Below are positions 27,929 to 41,059 of a stretch of DNA of 64,000 nt, in pieces (the first letter of the stretch is position 1; the number at the start of each line of letters is the position of its first letter). This DNA is from Lepidodermella squamata (lineage: Eukaryota > Animalia > Gastrotricha). The notes under the pieces were generated by a model, which was given only the letters and a program-made list of their open reading frames with translations, ran no database searches and was not told the DNA's origin. The stretch spans positions 166,247-230,246 of the forward strand of contig JBLDXI010000103.1 in assembly GCA_047495785.1 (NCBI GenBank). The letters are read 5' to 3'. A program made the position numbers and the translations under genes.

Positions 27929-29659
27929 ATGTCTCAATGGTGTGTTAATAATTTTTTATATTAATTTGAAACCTATTTACCATTTTGTATCTCAGGTGGA
28001 CCGATGCTTCTGGCTACGACATTCCGGCCAATGCTTTTGTGATCTCGGAAAGCTGCAACGGCACCGAGTGCTACTACGTCGGGCGTAAAATCATGGACAA
28101 CGGCGACATTCTGCCTGGCTATGTTGCTAAAACGCAGGGCGCCTGCTACGTCAGCCTGAATGGCACCGAACTCGTGTTCCGCGACTACCAAGTCCTGTGC
28201 ACTGACCAGCCGGAGCTTTTCACGTGGAAAAAGGCCGAAAATGGCCATTTGCCAGCTGGAGCTATTGAAGCTGGTCTTCTGAGCGGCACAAATGAGGTTA
28301 AAAAATTTTGAAAAATTTTGAGAAAAATTCATTTATTCATGAAAAAATCATGGAAAAAGATTTAAAATCAAATGCGATTATTAAAATTATTGAACAATTC
28401 AAATTTATTCAAAAATGTGATGCCTATGCTTGAAAAATTATTCAAAATATGTAATCATATTTTTCTCTGAATTTTTTCATATTTTTTTATTTTCAGATTT
28501 TGCACGCTGTTCGTGGCTGTCCTCATGATAATGACCCTTCAAATGTAAGATTTAATATCATTTTTCTCTTTATTTGATGAACGATTTGAAAAATACTTTA
28601 TCCCGCAGTAAATATCTTTTTTTCGCAGTAAATGTCTTCTTTTCGCAGTAACACACTTTTTCGCGCAATAAGGACTTTTCTCCGCAGCAAATCGACTTTT
28701 TCTCGCAGTATAACCTAAATTAGCGCAAATTTTGTTGCAAATTTCTCTAAACGATTCCTTTCTCAAAATTTAAGCAGAAAATGTGTCATTCCCACTCTTC
28801 TCACTTCCCACATGATTACAGCGTTTTCTTTGTTCTCGCACGCGGCCTGTGACACGGGCTCCCTTGTCGCTGGTTATTTGGTTTTACCAGTCATTATTCT
28901 TTACTATTATTAACTACTTATTACATCTTAACGCTTTCAACGGAACTGAACTGAACTGAACTTCCGATGGAAAACTTTTGTTGGTCTACATAAGATTGGT
29001 GAGCAGCCCGAGTTTTTTGCCGGCTCCCGGGAGGAGAGAAGTATGCAATACTTTCAACGTTCAAGTTATCCAAGGTATCCAAGCGAACGTTCCTGGGAAG
29101 AGCTATAGTGCCACAGGACTTTCCTGGCTTATGAGTCGATGGCATTTTGAGTGAGCGATGGTAGACAACCGTTTCAGGGGTCTTGGACAGAAATAGAAAA
29201 TCATTGAATACAGCAATGACCACTGCCCAAGCATCCTTTCAACTTGTTGTAGAATAGGACATAAATTAGCTCTTATTCGAATAATTCGATCAAAAAATTG
29301 TGGCATTTTACCCTTGACTAAAAGCGATATATTTTCATTCTCAGTTTTGAACTAGAAATCGTTTGGTAAAATTTGCAAGGCAATTTGCGCTATTTAAAAT
29401 TATATTGCGAGGAAAAGTCGATTTCCTGCAGAAAAAAGTCTTTACTGCGGGAAAAATATTTTACTGCGAAAAGAAGATATTTACTGCGAGAAAAAGTTAT
29501 TTGCTGCGGAAAAAAGTTGCGTCCAACGATTTTTTCGTGATATTGATATAGGTGCAAGGTGGCCGATTGCGATGTGCTGATGGTCACGCTCTGTTGGTTT
29601 TCGCCGGCAAAGAGTACCAGTGCCACTGCTACGAAGTTCTCTGTGCAGCTGACCAATGA
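27929..29659 (+). CDS. DM9-repeat (DUF3421/natterin N-terminal-like) protein, 4 exons
   Basis: Exons 27929-27939, 27996-28296, 28497-28544 and 29552-29659 give two repeats with IPANA...YVGR...PG...CYVS..G.E....YQVLC and LPAGAIEAG...GKEY....YEVLC; no signal peptide. Confidence 0.85.
28588..29524. mobile_element. Foldback DNA transposon (non-autonomous) in DM9 intron 3
   Basis: ~160-bp imperfect inverted arms built of ~20-bp tandem units (tttcgcagtaaa / tttactgcgaaa); 8-bp TSD aacgattt at 28580-28587 and 29525-29532. Confidence 0.8.
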
Positions 29660-30572
29660 AAAACGAGAATCAAAGCTGGAAAAAATGTCGCACCCTTCAA
29701 TAATTTTTCAATGAACAATATCACTTCAATTATTACACTGCTTCTAAAATTATATTATTGTTTTTAATTTTAAACGGTATTAGAATAGTAAAACCCAAGG
29801 CTTTCTGATATTAACAAAGGTGCCGAGAATTTTAATTTTCTGTAAAGTCCGTTTTCCGGAATATTTCAAGCTTAATCTGGCCTTTCATTATTCATTCCTT
29901 TCGGGTGTGCCAACCCTAACCCTAAATATAAGGTTCCAGCGCTAAATTTGAGGCCCCTTAAATCTGCTTTTCGAGTTTCATGTCTTCTCTGGAATCGGCC
30001 TTTTGTTATCCCGTTTAACCGATAGATCTTCATATTACGCGTATTTTGCGTCAGTTTATGAGTTAAACTTCAGCCGGCAGAGCCGATATCGATTCCAAGT
30101 ATCGATTTCACAAATCAGTGATTTTTCCAATATCAGCCGTCGTGGAACCAAAAATCGATAATTTTTCTACGTAGCTTAGGTAGCTAAAATAAAGAATCCT
30201 ATGTTCAGGGAGGGCATCAGTATCTATCAAAAAAACGAAAACGCCGAATCTCAAAGAAAATGAAAAATTTATTGCCGGGACCATAGGCAATAATACATGC
30301 GTGTATTATTGGCCCAGACGCTGAAATATAGTGCTGGAACCGCATTTTTAGTGCTGCAAATATTAGGATCCTTTCCTTTCCTATCCATCCTATCCTTTCC
30401 TTTTCTCATTTGAGTTCATCATGAATTACTGCGTTATTTTCGTTTATTTGTTCGCATTTGTTCGATAACAAAAAATCGACATCGTATTAACGACGATAGC
30501 ACAGCTTCTAAATTTTTCTATATTATAACGACAGATGGCGGTCGAATTTGGTTGAGATGGCGCATTGAGATC

Positions 30573-31209
30573 TCAAAGGCTGCCTTGAAGCGCAAAATCC
30601 CGAGCCTTGGCAACGCAGAAAATGTAAAATTCCATCGACAATTGAGGCGATCCACCCTTAGCCAATTCTGAAAAAAAATTAAAAAGAATTAATAATCTCG
30701 AAATGTCCCCATTTCAGACATTTTAGAAAATCAGGAAAAATAGGAATCTTCCGCAAATTTTTTAAAAATTTCCAGAATTCTCCGAATTTTTGCGGATTTT
30801 TTATTTTTATTTTTCGCATAATTTTATAATAAAACGTACTGTCGGCCAGTTCGCCAGTTGTAAGGTGTAGCTGCGTCTTTTTTGCATCAATCCATTGGCG
30901 GCAAGACATGACAGGCTTAACGAGCAGCGCCTCCTCGCTTGACTTGGCCCGCGCTTCTTCGGCCTGCTCAGCTGCCTGCTGCTGTTGCTGCTGCTGATCG
31001 CCTAAATTGCTCGCAATCGTGTTCGAATCAATTTGCAAATTATTGGCATTGTTGCTGTCCAACGGCCGGCCTTCGTTCAGCACCACCCCGCTGATAGGGT
31101 TCGCGTTTTGAAACCGGTTCTGCGCTGTTAGACTACGCCGGCGGGCATCACAACCGCTGAAAATCGCCGCAGCGATGAAAATTGCAGAAATTTTCAAAAA
31201 AATGGGCAT
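30573..31209 (-). CDS. Secreted two-cysteine-domain protein, paralogue B, with N/Q-rich pro-region, 2 exons
   Basis: Signal peptide MPIFLKISAIFIAAAIFSGCDA, RRR, polyQ, then SCRQWIDAKKTQLHLTTGELAD|KLAKGGSPQLSMEFYIFCVAKARDFALQGSL*; intron at the same position and phase as paralogue A. Confidence 0.8.
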
Positions 31210-32310
31210 GTTTCAATTTTTTTTCAAAATTGAATAAATTTCTAAAATTATAAAAAATTATGAAAATTCACGCATGAATGAATTTGAAAATGAATGGAAT
31301 TGAAATTTGTGAAACAGAATATTCGAAATCGTTTCGAAATCTGATGAGACTACTATTTTAGAATGAAAAAGGGAGTAGGCAACATAAAATGAAAGACTTG
31401 ACTAATCAAGTCAAGTTTTTCGGTTCAAATTCGTAAATTTTAGACGATTATTTTCCTATTATTCAAAAAAAATTACTACGCAGGGAAAATGAATGAATGA
31501 CCAAGTTCTTATTAGACTCAACAACTGATAGGATTACCGTACAGTCTATGTTTTTTATCCACTCAATATACGGGAAGGGCAATAAATAAAACAATGAAAT
31601 TCAATGCGCAAATGGAAATAATACGCGATTAGCGGAAACAAGTCTCGGCCGATGAAAATTGTCCTGAAATAATTTTCAAGAGCGTGGGGTCGTGTTGAAT
31701 GAAAATGCGAGGCGGAAGCAATAAAGGCTATTTTCGTATTATAGCAACTGCTGTGAAACTAGATTTTTCTAAAGCTATTTATATTTTAATTTTCTTCACG
31801 TGAACTTGTTGTACGTTGCAATATAGGCGGGGTATATATTAAACCGCCGAGTTCGTTTGAAAAAAATTACGACATTCATTGTTATTAATGATCAATTTAA
31901 AATTCGATTAATTCGAAAAAATCCCGCCTAATAATTATAGGTCATCAATTATTATTACGCTTTTCAAATTTCTGACGCGCATCACGCGTCGGTTGAAAAA
32001 ATGCGTAATGGAAATGATTTTTTTATATGTCTGTAAAATAAATAATTAATATACTTCGCAATCGGTAATAGTTCGCCGCTTCACAGTGCGGCTTCTTCGA
32101 GCGGGAGCCGACATATTGACTAATTGATGGTTCCACCATAGTTAATTGAATAACTTCACCCACCTGTCCGAGCCAAGGTCGAATTCGAAAATATGTGGGG
32201 CGAGCATCTATGGTTTTTTTGTTTTTTTTATGACATTTTTTTGCTTGAATTTTGAATTTTTCCTGACCATGAGTTATTAAAAATGAGAGTATTTGCAATC
32301 ATATTTCTGT

Positions 32311-32815
32311 CATGTTGAATTTCCTTACCAACGGTGCCTCATCCTTACTAAGGAAGTTCATCCTTACTAAGCATATCCTTACTGGACTAATAGTATAGGG
32401 AGAGTTCAGTAAGGATTAGGAAGAGTAAGGAACCCTTAAATATGCAATCTAAGGTCGGAAAACTTTGAACTGGTGATTTTTTCGGGCCAATATACAATCG
32501 ACACAGCCTAAAAACCGACATCATTACAATAGCTTGGCCTTTGACGGCGCGCGATATTAAGGGAGCTCAGCTCCTTCCGAAAATGACCTAGTGGCAAAAG
32601 GCCTCACTAATTAACGATAAGTTGAACAAACTAGTGCGGCATCCTTAGCGAGGAGTGCGGCTTATTTCGCGCGAAATCCTGACTAAGCATTCATAATACC
32701 AAGGCAACCCTTAGTAAGGACTGCTCAGTAAGGATAAAGGATAAGGTTATTGCTTACTGGCCATCCTTAGCAAGGCAGTCCTGAGCCACTATCGTTAGTA
32801 AGGAAGTTCAACATG
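32311..32815. mobile_element. MITE-like TIR element with CATG termini
   Basis: catgttgaatttccttaccaacg ... cgttagtaaggaagttcaacatg; internal atccttact/agtaagga repeats in both orientations; no TSD found. Confidence 0.7.
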
Positions 32816-33371
32816 AGTGAGCTACGAACGGCGACATTTAAGCAAATGACAAACCAGCCTCTGATTGAAATGAAATAAAAAAAATATATCCTTTCGAAAT
32901 TTTTCCTAATTAATATCTTTATGATTTTTTTTTAAATATTTTCCAATTTTCTCGGCGAATTTGATTTTCATTTATTTTAGATTTTTCGCAATTTTATTTA
33001 CAGAAATCAAGAGATGCCGTTTCAAGTGTCATTTTGCGGTTTCAATTTTTTAACTGGAACTAGACAAAAATCGATAATCGGCCGGATCATTACTTGATCC
33101 ATCTCGCCGCATCGGGAAACGCTTTCGCGCAAAAAAATATCGGAATTACCGGCTCAACGGATGCGCCATTTATTGCTGTAATAATATCTGCAAGCGAGGC
33201 AATTTATGCCGCCAAAAATATTATAATGCTATCAAGAGTAAGCCAAAGTTGGCTAATAATATATCGGCCGGCATCAAGTGCTGGGCGGAATTGAATAAAA
33301 TTTCCACTGATCGAGAAAGAAATATAAAAATATATTTTTTTTACTTCATTTCGGTTAAAAAAGCTGCTCAG

Positions 33372-34009
33372 ATGCGGTTGAGACATATTTCAAACTTGCC
33401 TACGATTATTCTTTCCAGTTCGATCGCGGTACTTTTGCTAGTCAACCGTAAACAATTTTTTCAATTTATTTTAAAATTTCAATTAATTATCTGAATATTG
33501 CAAATTTTAAATAATATTTTTTAATAATCTATTTATTCATTTTCAATAATTATTCATTTTTTTCGAAATAATTTTACTAAATTCAAAAATGTTCAAAATT
33601 CCATAATTTTTTCAATTTTTTTCAAATTATTTCTTTCTGTGTTGTTTCAGCTTGCAGCTTCGGACAGGTGATTTTGAGTTGCTACGTCGGTTTCACGGAA
33701 CAGCCGACCAATGTCATGCAGAGTTGTACAGGGTGCGTGAAAATTGTCACGATATCAAACGGCATGACCGGCTACGCGAGGTACTGCACGCACACGCCGG
33801 CGGATTTCGCCGGCTGCAAGTCGACCGTCATATCGGCAACCGTCGACCAGACAAAGTGCTACTGCGACGACGATGACCTGTGCAATTCAGCCGTGGCGAT
33901 AACAGCGGCGAAGAACCTGCCCAAAGTCAGCGCGTTAACTTCGGCTATTTTTACAATTTTTGTGTTGAAATTTATTGTCATCAACAACCTCACGGGTATT
34001 TTTCTGTGA
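33372..34009 (+). CDS. Ly6/uPAR three-finger (quiver/prototoxin-like) GPI-anchored protein, 2 exons
   Basis: Exon 33372-33447 (signal peptide) joins exon 33651-34009 in phase 1; LSCY...C..CVK...RYC...C...CYC....LCNSA then hydrophobic tail. Confidence 0.85.
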
Positions 34010-34206
34010 ATTCAACTGTTTGTCATAGTTTGTCGCATCAGTAAAGCAATTGAAAATAACGGGAAGGAATCGCTATTGAGTTGACGTCAAATCTCGTGGC
34101 TGGAAATTTTAAGATAATTTCAAAAACAATCACAAGAATAGCAATCAAGTATGTCACTTGTTAATTGAATCAAAAGTCCCGAAAAGTTGGTTAAATCGGG
34201 TTTAAA

Positions 34207-34381
34207 ACCGAAAATTACCGAACCATTCCGGGTTTTCCGGTTTTTTCCGGTGAATTATATTCTTATTATATTGAATTATATGGAATATTCTTCAGTTATC
34301 CGCGATTAAACCGAGGAAACAACAAATTTACCGAAGAAAACCGGGAAAATCCCGATGGTAACTGGTTCGGTAATTTTCGGT
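34207..34381. repeat. Small inverted-repeat (MITE-like) element
   Basis: Perfect 19-bp IR accgaaaattaccgaacca (34207-34225) / tggttcggtaattttcggt (34363-34381) with further imperfect pairing inward. Confidence 0.65.
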
Positions 34382-35467
34382 ATTGTACCCGCTTGGACCA
34401 ATTTCTCCAGACTTTTTCGATCCCATTCAACTGACATACTGATTACTATTCTCGTAATGCCTTCTTGTAAATGTCTTATTTCATTCGACAACAATTCAAC
34501 TGAATATTGTAGCGAATGATGGAATAAAGCAATTCCGAAGTCGATATTGATTCGGAAAGGGTCGTTTAGTTTAGTAATATTTTGAGCGCTCCAAAACACC
34601 GTTCGGATTAAGGTTTTCGAACAGTATTGATTCATCCTTTTTTACGTAAAAGAATGTCATTTAAAAGTCCCGATTTGCCAGCTCATGGGTTCCCCAGAAA
34701 TCTGTTTCAGAATCGATTAAAGCCAGCACGGATCGAAAGAAACTAGCCGAGCTGTCAGGTTGCTTAGGCAGAGACCTGTTTGAATCCAGGCAAAGTTCAT
34801 GCCGGTTATTTCAAATCGAATCAATTTGAAGCAGCACAAATTAGTTATGGAGCTGAACTTTCAGGATTTCGCGGAATTGTTGCCCGTCCATTCAGATTTA
34901 TTTTGCAGAGCGTGTCAAAGGATTCGAACCCAAGAAGATGAGACGTTTTGCTCCGAGCGCTACCTCTTGCTAGCATTATTACTTTCTAATCTCCATTCAA
35001 CGACAACAACCGCCTTTTAAAGTGTGAACAGCTTCAAAATTAAAGGTTAATAATTGCTGCTGTTGGCTGAGAAATTGGCTGTTTTTATTGATTTTGTATC
35101 ACTCATGTCAGAAGCGGAAAATTTGTTCATTATCGAGCAGACACGATCATCGAGGTAAAGACAGTATTGAGCACCTAATTACGAATTAGCGCACGGGAAA
35201 CTCAGCCGCAATGCTCAGATATTAGCTGTTGACGTGAAAAATTGTTGCTTAGGCCTTCACAATCTCTAAAAATACGAAACTTGTCGTTTGGTTGAGGCTT
35301 ACTACAGTCGTGATTGGTATTTCGGAGAAACTCCCACCACGAAGAAATTAGAAACGCGCTGCTGTCAAGTTGATGATGTTCGTCTAACTCTATATAAACA
35401 CATTTCAACCTGGGCAAAATCTGATAGCTCCTAACCATTAAAAACAGCCAAGTTTTGCGACAGAAAA

Positions 35468-35860
35468 ATGGACAAAATTGAGGAATCTAATGTTGACTTG
35501 TCATACGATTGGTTGTTCGGAATAGGCCAAGAGAAAGGCTTCCATGACGCGAGGCCTTACTTCGTCGGCTGGTATCACGATGTCCAAGCCAAGTCGATCG
35601 AAGACCGGCTTCCTTATGTGATATTTCTCTGCCTCCTGACTTTCGCCGTTCTAATTGCAACAATCGCAAATGCTATAGTTTTTCTACAGTTTTCTAAGTG
35701 GCGGGTTTGGATGAATATCATATAACATACGGCCTCGCTTGGATTCAGCAATTTTATATGCTGTCTAGCCATTACAGTACCCAACATCGTTACCCTGGAA
35801 ACAGGACTTTGGGAGTCAAATAACGGCGATTGCCGCACCGTTACTTGGGTTTCCATTCTC
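35468..35860 (+). pseudogene. Class A GPCR-like array, copy 1 (premature stop, 3' truncated)
   Basis: Homologous to the intact copy at 45970; TAA at 35723-35725; homology stops near 35860 where the upstream region of the next unit begins. Confidence 0.8.
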
Positions 35861-36313
35861 TTTGGTTAATCAGCTAATTATTGTTGACACTAACTGCATC
35901 TCTGATCTAAAAAATGCACAACTTGTCGCTCAGTTTTTTATTGATTTTATATCACTCACGTGTAGACTTCTCGGGATGATGAGCCGTAGAGCATTACCGG
36001 CTGCGCTGACTTATATTTCATTTCCTTATATTTCATTATCAAGCTGACTAGTAAAGACAGTATCAAGCACTTAATTACGAAATAAAATTGTTCCTTACGC
36101 CTTCATAATCTCTAAAAATACGAAACTTGTCGTTTGGTTGAGGCTTACTACAGTCGTGATTGGTTGTTAGGAGAAACTCCCACCACGAAGAAATTAGAAA
36201 CGCGCTGCTGTCAAGTTGATGATGTTCGTCTAACTCTATATAAACACATTTCAACCTGGGCAAAATCTGATAGCTCCTAACCATTAAAAACAGCCAAGTT
36301 TTGCGACAGAAAA

Positions 36314-37671
36314 ATGGACAAAATTGAGGAATCTAATGTTGACTTGTCATACGATTGGATGTTCGGCAGTGCGCGAAGTACGGGGGGGAATGAGGGGTAT
36401 CGTCCCCCCCAGTTCACAAGGCCAAAGAGAAAAATCCCCCAAAAAACCACAGGGGAGGACCCTTTGGTCATAAAATTTGGGCCCGAAAATACCCCCTAGC
36501 TCGAGGATCCTACTTCGCGCACTGATGTTCGGATTTATTCCAGAGAAAGGCTTCAAGGGCGCGAGGCCTTACTTCCTCGGATGGTATCACGATGTCCATT
36601 CCAAGTCGATCGAAGACCGGCTTCCCTATGTGATTATTCTCTGCCTCCTGACTTTCGCCGTTCTAACTGCATCAATCGCAAATGCTATAGTTTTCTACAA
36701 ATGGCGGGTTTGGAAGAATTTCCTCTCTAATACGGTCTCGCTTGGATCCAGCAATTTTATATGCTGTCTATATATAACAATACCCCACATCATAACCGTC
36801 AAAACAGGACTTTGGGAGTCAAATAAGGAAGATTGTGGCACCGTTACTTATATTCCCTTTATCTTTGGAACATACAGCTTTTTCGTAATGTCGATGATAA
36901 GTCACGATTGGAAGCTTTTCTTTCGAGGAATCAGCCAGAATCAACCAATAACCGCTATAAAAGTGATTTTTTCACATCTGTTCATCAACTTTCTTCAACG
37001 CGAGTTTTATTTAGTATGCTGTTATAGATCGTGTTCAAGTCTTCAATAATTTGGGGTTTTTTGGCTGTTCTGTTGGAATTGCGACAATCCTTCCTTTTAC
37101 CGTCGGTGTTGGAAATTGGAACGTCCCTGGAGTAGCAAATGCGACTCTACAAGCTTACTGTGGAAATTTTGTCTACAAGCTAGGCGATACCGATGCTTCA
37201 ATTCTTCTATCGGTTTACAGCTTTATTGTTCTTCTGATGATCGGCCCTGGACTTCTCGAATATAGGTCGATTTTCAGGATGCTTAAAAAGCTATTGAAAG
37301 ACGCACCATCCCCATTGAGCTCACCAGCTCTCTCACACAAGAAGTTCGCAACGAATGAGTCGATCAATCCGAGCGCGCAGCTCTTACCTAATGACTGCCA
37401 GGAGATGGACATATTTCTTGTGAAGCAATCGTTTGCGGTTTTCGTCATCTCTGTCATTTGCCGCATTCCGCTGCTTATTTCAGTGAGTTTGATGCCGTTC
37501 TACGATTCAGCTGGGCCGTACGCTCTGCGAACTTGGACGCATCGGACAGCCGTGATAATAATGATGGTACAAATGGCTGTCACGCCGATTTTACAATGCT
37601 TGCCACCTGAAGTCTTTCGCAATTTTATGGGGCGTAGGCGTGGATCTACCCAGAAGCAGGATACGTACTAG
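36314..37671 (+). pseudogene. Class A GPCR-like array, copy 2 (frameshifted by MITE insertion)
   Basis: Otherwise open two-exon gene (intron 36963-37014); a 158-bp element plus 8-bp TSD (166 bp net) in the first codons shifts the frame. Confidence 0.8.
36367..36524. mobile_element. hAT-type MITE
   Basis: Perfect 14-bp TIR cagtgcgcgaagta / tacttcgcgcactg; perfect 8-bp TSD atgttcgg (36359-36366, 36525-36532); paralogues show the empty site. Confidence 0.92.
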
Positions 37672-40072
37672 ACTATTCATGGACGTACTACCGTCACACA
37701 AAATGTCAGCAAGTTGGACTTAGCACCTTATCAATCATTTAAGTAGTAGAGTACCATAGAGTTAAAAACTAGCTCTATGATCACGTCATTTCTGATGTTC
37801 TGCAGGAATGAATACGAAATTGAAGAAATAATATCACCCAACCCGCAGTTAGCAATTTTGCTGTCATCCCCATGAAAGCCGTTTCTGATTCCAAATCAGT
37901 CTATTGCTAGTCAAATTTAATTTAACATTGTTAATTCTGTGGTGTTTCTTCGATGTATTATTTCAATTGAGTTTGACCCGTCTTTCTGTCAGTTTTTTCC
38001 TAAGAGTTGTAATTGTGCTTGTGAGGTCTGTTTCAAATGGGCTTCTTTCTTTTGTTTTACTCAATTTACTTGCTGTTCCGACTCGTATCTCGGCAGTCTA
38101 TTCTTGTGATGTTAACGCCACTTTAACGCCACTTATTCTTGATATACATAATATATCGGTTGCTTCACTCATCGCAGTCAAGTTTTTGATATTCGTAGAG
38201 TTCAAAGAATTTTGAATTTTAAAAATAAATGGAGTCTTCATAGTCCTTACGGTCCCGTTGTCACCTTATTCAAATACGCTTCACCTGGTTACCATAGGCA
38301 ACGATTGAATGCGAATGGATACGATTTCGATTGGCATTCAAAAATGCATTTTCCATAAGATTTTTTCCTTGGCATTCGAATTAAATTAAAAAAAACAGAT
38401 AACGGGGTTTTCCATTGCTCGAAAATAGTTCTATCGTCTATCCCTGGTGTGAGAATAGGATTCCTAGAAGTATAAAGAGTGGCTTTGTTTACTGAAAAGC
38501 GAGGCTCAAAGTGGCGCGCGACAAACAGGTGACACTTGGCCCGAATGTTTCAAAGATGATTCATATTATATCGATTATTAAAAGCGATCACATGGCAATC
38601 AAGCCAAGGAACAAAGTGTCGCGTGCTCATATCTCAGTATTTTCATACATTTATCTTGTTTCAAATTCAATTTCGTATTAAACCCACCCCTTTATAATTT
38701 TAAACATTTTTTAGGATTAACAGCTGTTCTACTGCTCTCTATTTCGTTCAAGTATTGGCCTGCAACAGAAACAGGGGCAAGACCTAGCAGCATTTAGCCC
38801 CATCTCTATATGTATGTTTTCGAAATTTGCGAGGGTTATCTTCGGCGAAGTTGCCATTCTTAGCCCTTTCAATGAATTTTTTTGAATTTTGTCCCAATTG
38901 GTTATTGCATCTTCCAATGTTGCGGAACCGAAATCTCGGCCGAAATTGCCTTTTCGCAAATTCCCGGGAATTCCAGAATCAATGTAGAAAGTTAGGGTAA
39001 ATGTTCTCCATGATTTTCAGTACCAAACCCGGCCCATACTTTATCAATGTTTGAAAAGTGAAATTCAACGCTGTGGTCAACTTTTATTCCACTTCCCCAG
39101 CAGGAAAATTCGGCTCTCAGAGCTGAAAGTCTGAAAGTAGAGATCTTGCGATCTGGCGAATATTTCACGCGTTATTTACCCTCGGGTTCTTGGGCATCAC
39201 AATAGGTGACAATAGTGTGTCAAGTTTTAGTGTGAATTTATTTGCTATAGGAAGATCGTAACTTTCCGATCTGTATCGAGTTGGATATGCTCCCAATTTT
39301 TCTTAAAATTTCTGCGATTCCCATGAACAACATTTCAGCCGGTTTTCAGACGAGCAAAGTGAGCCACGAGCTAACGCCTTTTTCGAAGATTTTACCTGGA
39401 ATTTTGACCAAAAACGAACCAAATCTTCGCAATTACCAAGTTTCATGAAAATAAACAGGCGACTCTCAGTTTGAGAAGCCCTGGTTTATCAGCTCGTCAG
39501 GTTGATAGCTTGAATCAACGTCTTAACGCGCTATCTATACCATTTTTATGATTTAGAGAAGCGGTAGAAGCACCAGGCATTATTACAATACATGAAAAAC
39601 TGCCCTGTATATTGGATAACGGAACCAGCCCTGAGCCCTAACCCGTATCAGAGACCAGTACCCTAACCTTGCAAAAATGAGTATTTTCATGTTATGCCTA
39701 TTGCATGTTTTCCATAAATTCCACAAAAAGTAACCGTTATCATGGCTTAAATTAAGGGCTCTTTTTATTAACAACAATACGCCTGATTTTAGAACTGACA
39801 GCGCCGTTGGATTCAGCGAGAAATTCTGTATTAGTATATATTACACGTTAGAATTCGAAGGGCGAAAATTGGGTTATTGGCAATAAAGCATTAAATTTAT
39901 TGCACCCCCTAATTATCATCTCGAGATCTTTAATCTTTAGAAAAAATCTGAATTAGCGATCAGCTACATTTTTTCCTAAGGGAACTTGTGATAATACATG
40001 TTGTATACTATGCTTTTTAATGTTTGATTGCTAGCTTCTTGCTTCTTGAAAGACATTACGGTTTTCATCAGA

Positions 40073-41059
40073 ATGGCCAATGGAGCAGATAAACTGACGT
40101 CTTGGCAGAAGCTGCTAGGCAGACTTGATAACAAGGGGAATAACGGCAGCCCGTCTTACCCGAAAGAGTTGACCAAAGAGCTGATGGCATCAATCAACAG
40201 AGGCGGTGTGGATAGCATGATGGAGTCTCTTGCGAAATATTGTGATCATTGGAAAACAGTGCCTGTTGATATCGCGTTCTGTGGGCCAGTCAAAAGCGGA
40301 AAATCCACTGCGATCAATCGACTTCGAAACTTGAACGCGGAGCACAAAGATGCTGCGGAGATTGATGTTGTACACTGCACAAAAGAGCCGACGCGGTACC
40401 CTCACCCTGACAATGAACGCTTCAATCTGTGGGATCTTCCCGGCGCTGATGGCGAAGGATTTCCAGTCGCTAGCTACCTAGATTATCCTGTGATCAAGTT
40501 CAACACCTACGATTACTTTGTATTCATAACTTCGAGCGCTTTTACTGAAACGGACGCTAAGCTGGCAAAGAAGATATGCGATCGTAAAGGAAGCGACAAG
40601 GTCATCTTTGTTCGAACAAAGGTGGCAATCGATGTTATGAATCAGTCATGGAGCCACCCCAGCACCTATGAAAAAGAAGCCGTCATTGCAAAGCTTCGAA
40701 AGGAATGCTCACCCAGGTTGGAAGCCATTGGAATTCCTGAGAGCCGCATTTTTCTCGTCGACTGCCTCGGTGCGCCTTTCCGTGACTCGAAAGGTCAGCT
40801 CATCGGCTGCCTGCAGTTGGGCAAGCTGAAAGAGTGCATCATCAATGATTTCTCAGGTAAGTGCTTATATCATTATGCAAGAAAAAAATTATAGCCCTAT
40901 AATATGGGTCTTGTTTTGCCTGAGCCGCAAAACACAAATATTCAGAAATTCAGCCCGAAATCGAATGCGATAATTATCGTTTTCAGGCGATGTTTTAAAG
41001 CAAAAAATCGGGGTAGTCGTAAGTCCCCTTATCCTTAAAATCGGTGATTGTAATGCGTC
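40073..41059 (+). CDS. Immunity-related/interferon-inducible GTPase (IRG/IIGP-like), C-terminus apparently lost or interrupted
   Basis: DIAFCGPVKSGKSTAINRLRNL (G1), CTKEPTRYPHP, LWDLPG (G3), YDYFVFITSSAFTETDAKLAK, FVRTKV (G4). Exon 40073-40856 ends in G|gtaagt. A possible exon from 40987 runs into a TIR element at 41060. May be a pseudogene. Confidence 0.85.

Noticed and set aside
29912-29925. Telomere-like aaccctaaccctaa
   Set aside because: Only two units, embedded in what looks like the end of a dispersed repeat (related sequence near 30330 and 49970).
34306-34635. 109-aa minus-strand ORF
   Set aside because: No recognisable motif, and its 3' part is just the inverted-repeat element. It could be a decayed exon but is not supportable.
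35202-36284. Duplicated minus-strand ORFs MVRSYQILPRLK...
   Set aside because: They lie in the duplicated GPCR promoter region and are not preserved upstream of copies 3 and 4.
36367-36524. MITE acting as a self-removing introner
   Set aside because: The GT/AG pairs I tested near the ends (36369 or 36378 with 36499 or 36505) do not restore the reading frame.
38729-38959. ORF ending in CPCFCC (possible palmitoylated tail)
   Set aside because: No start, no domain and no convincing upstream exons could be assembled.
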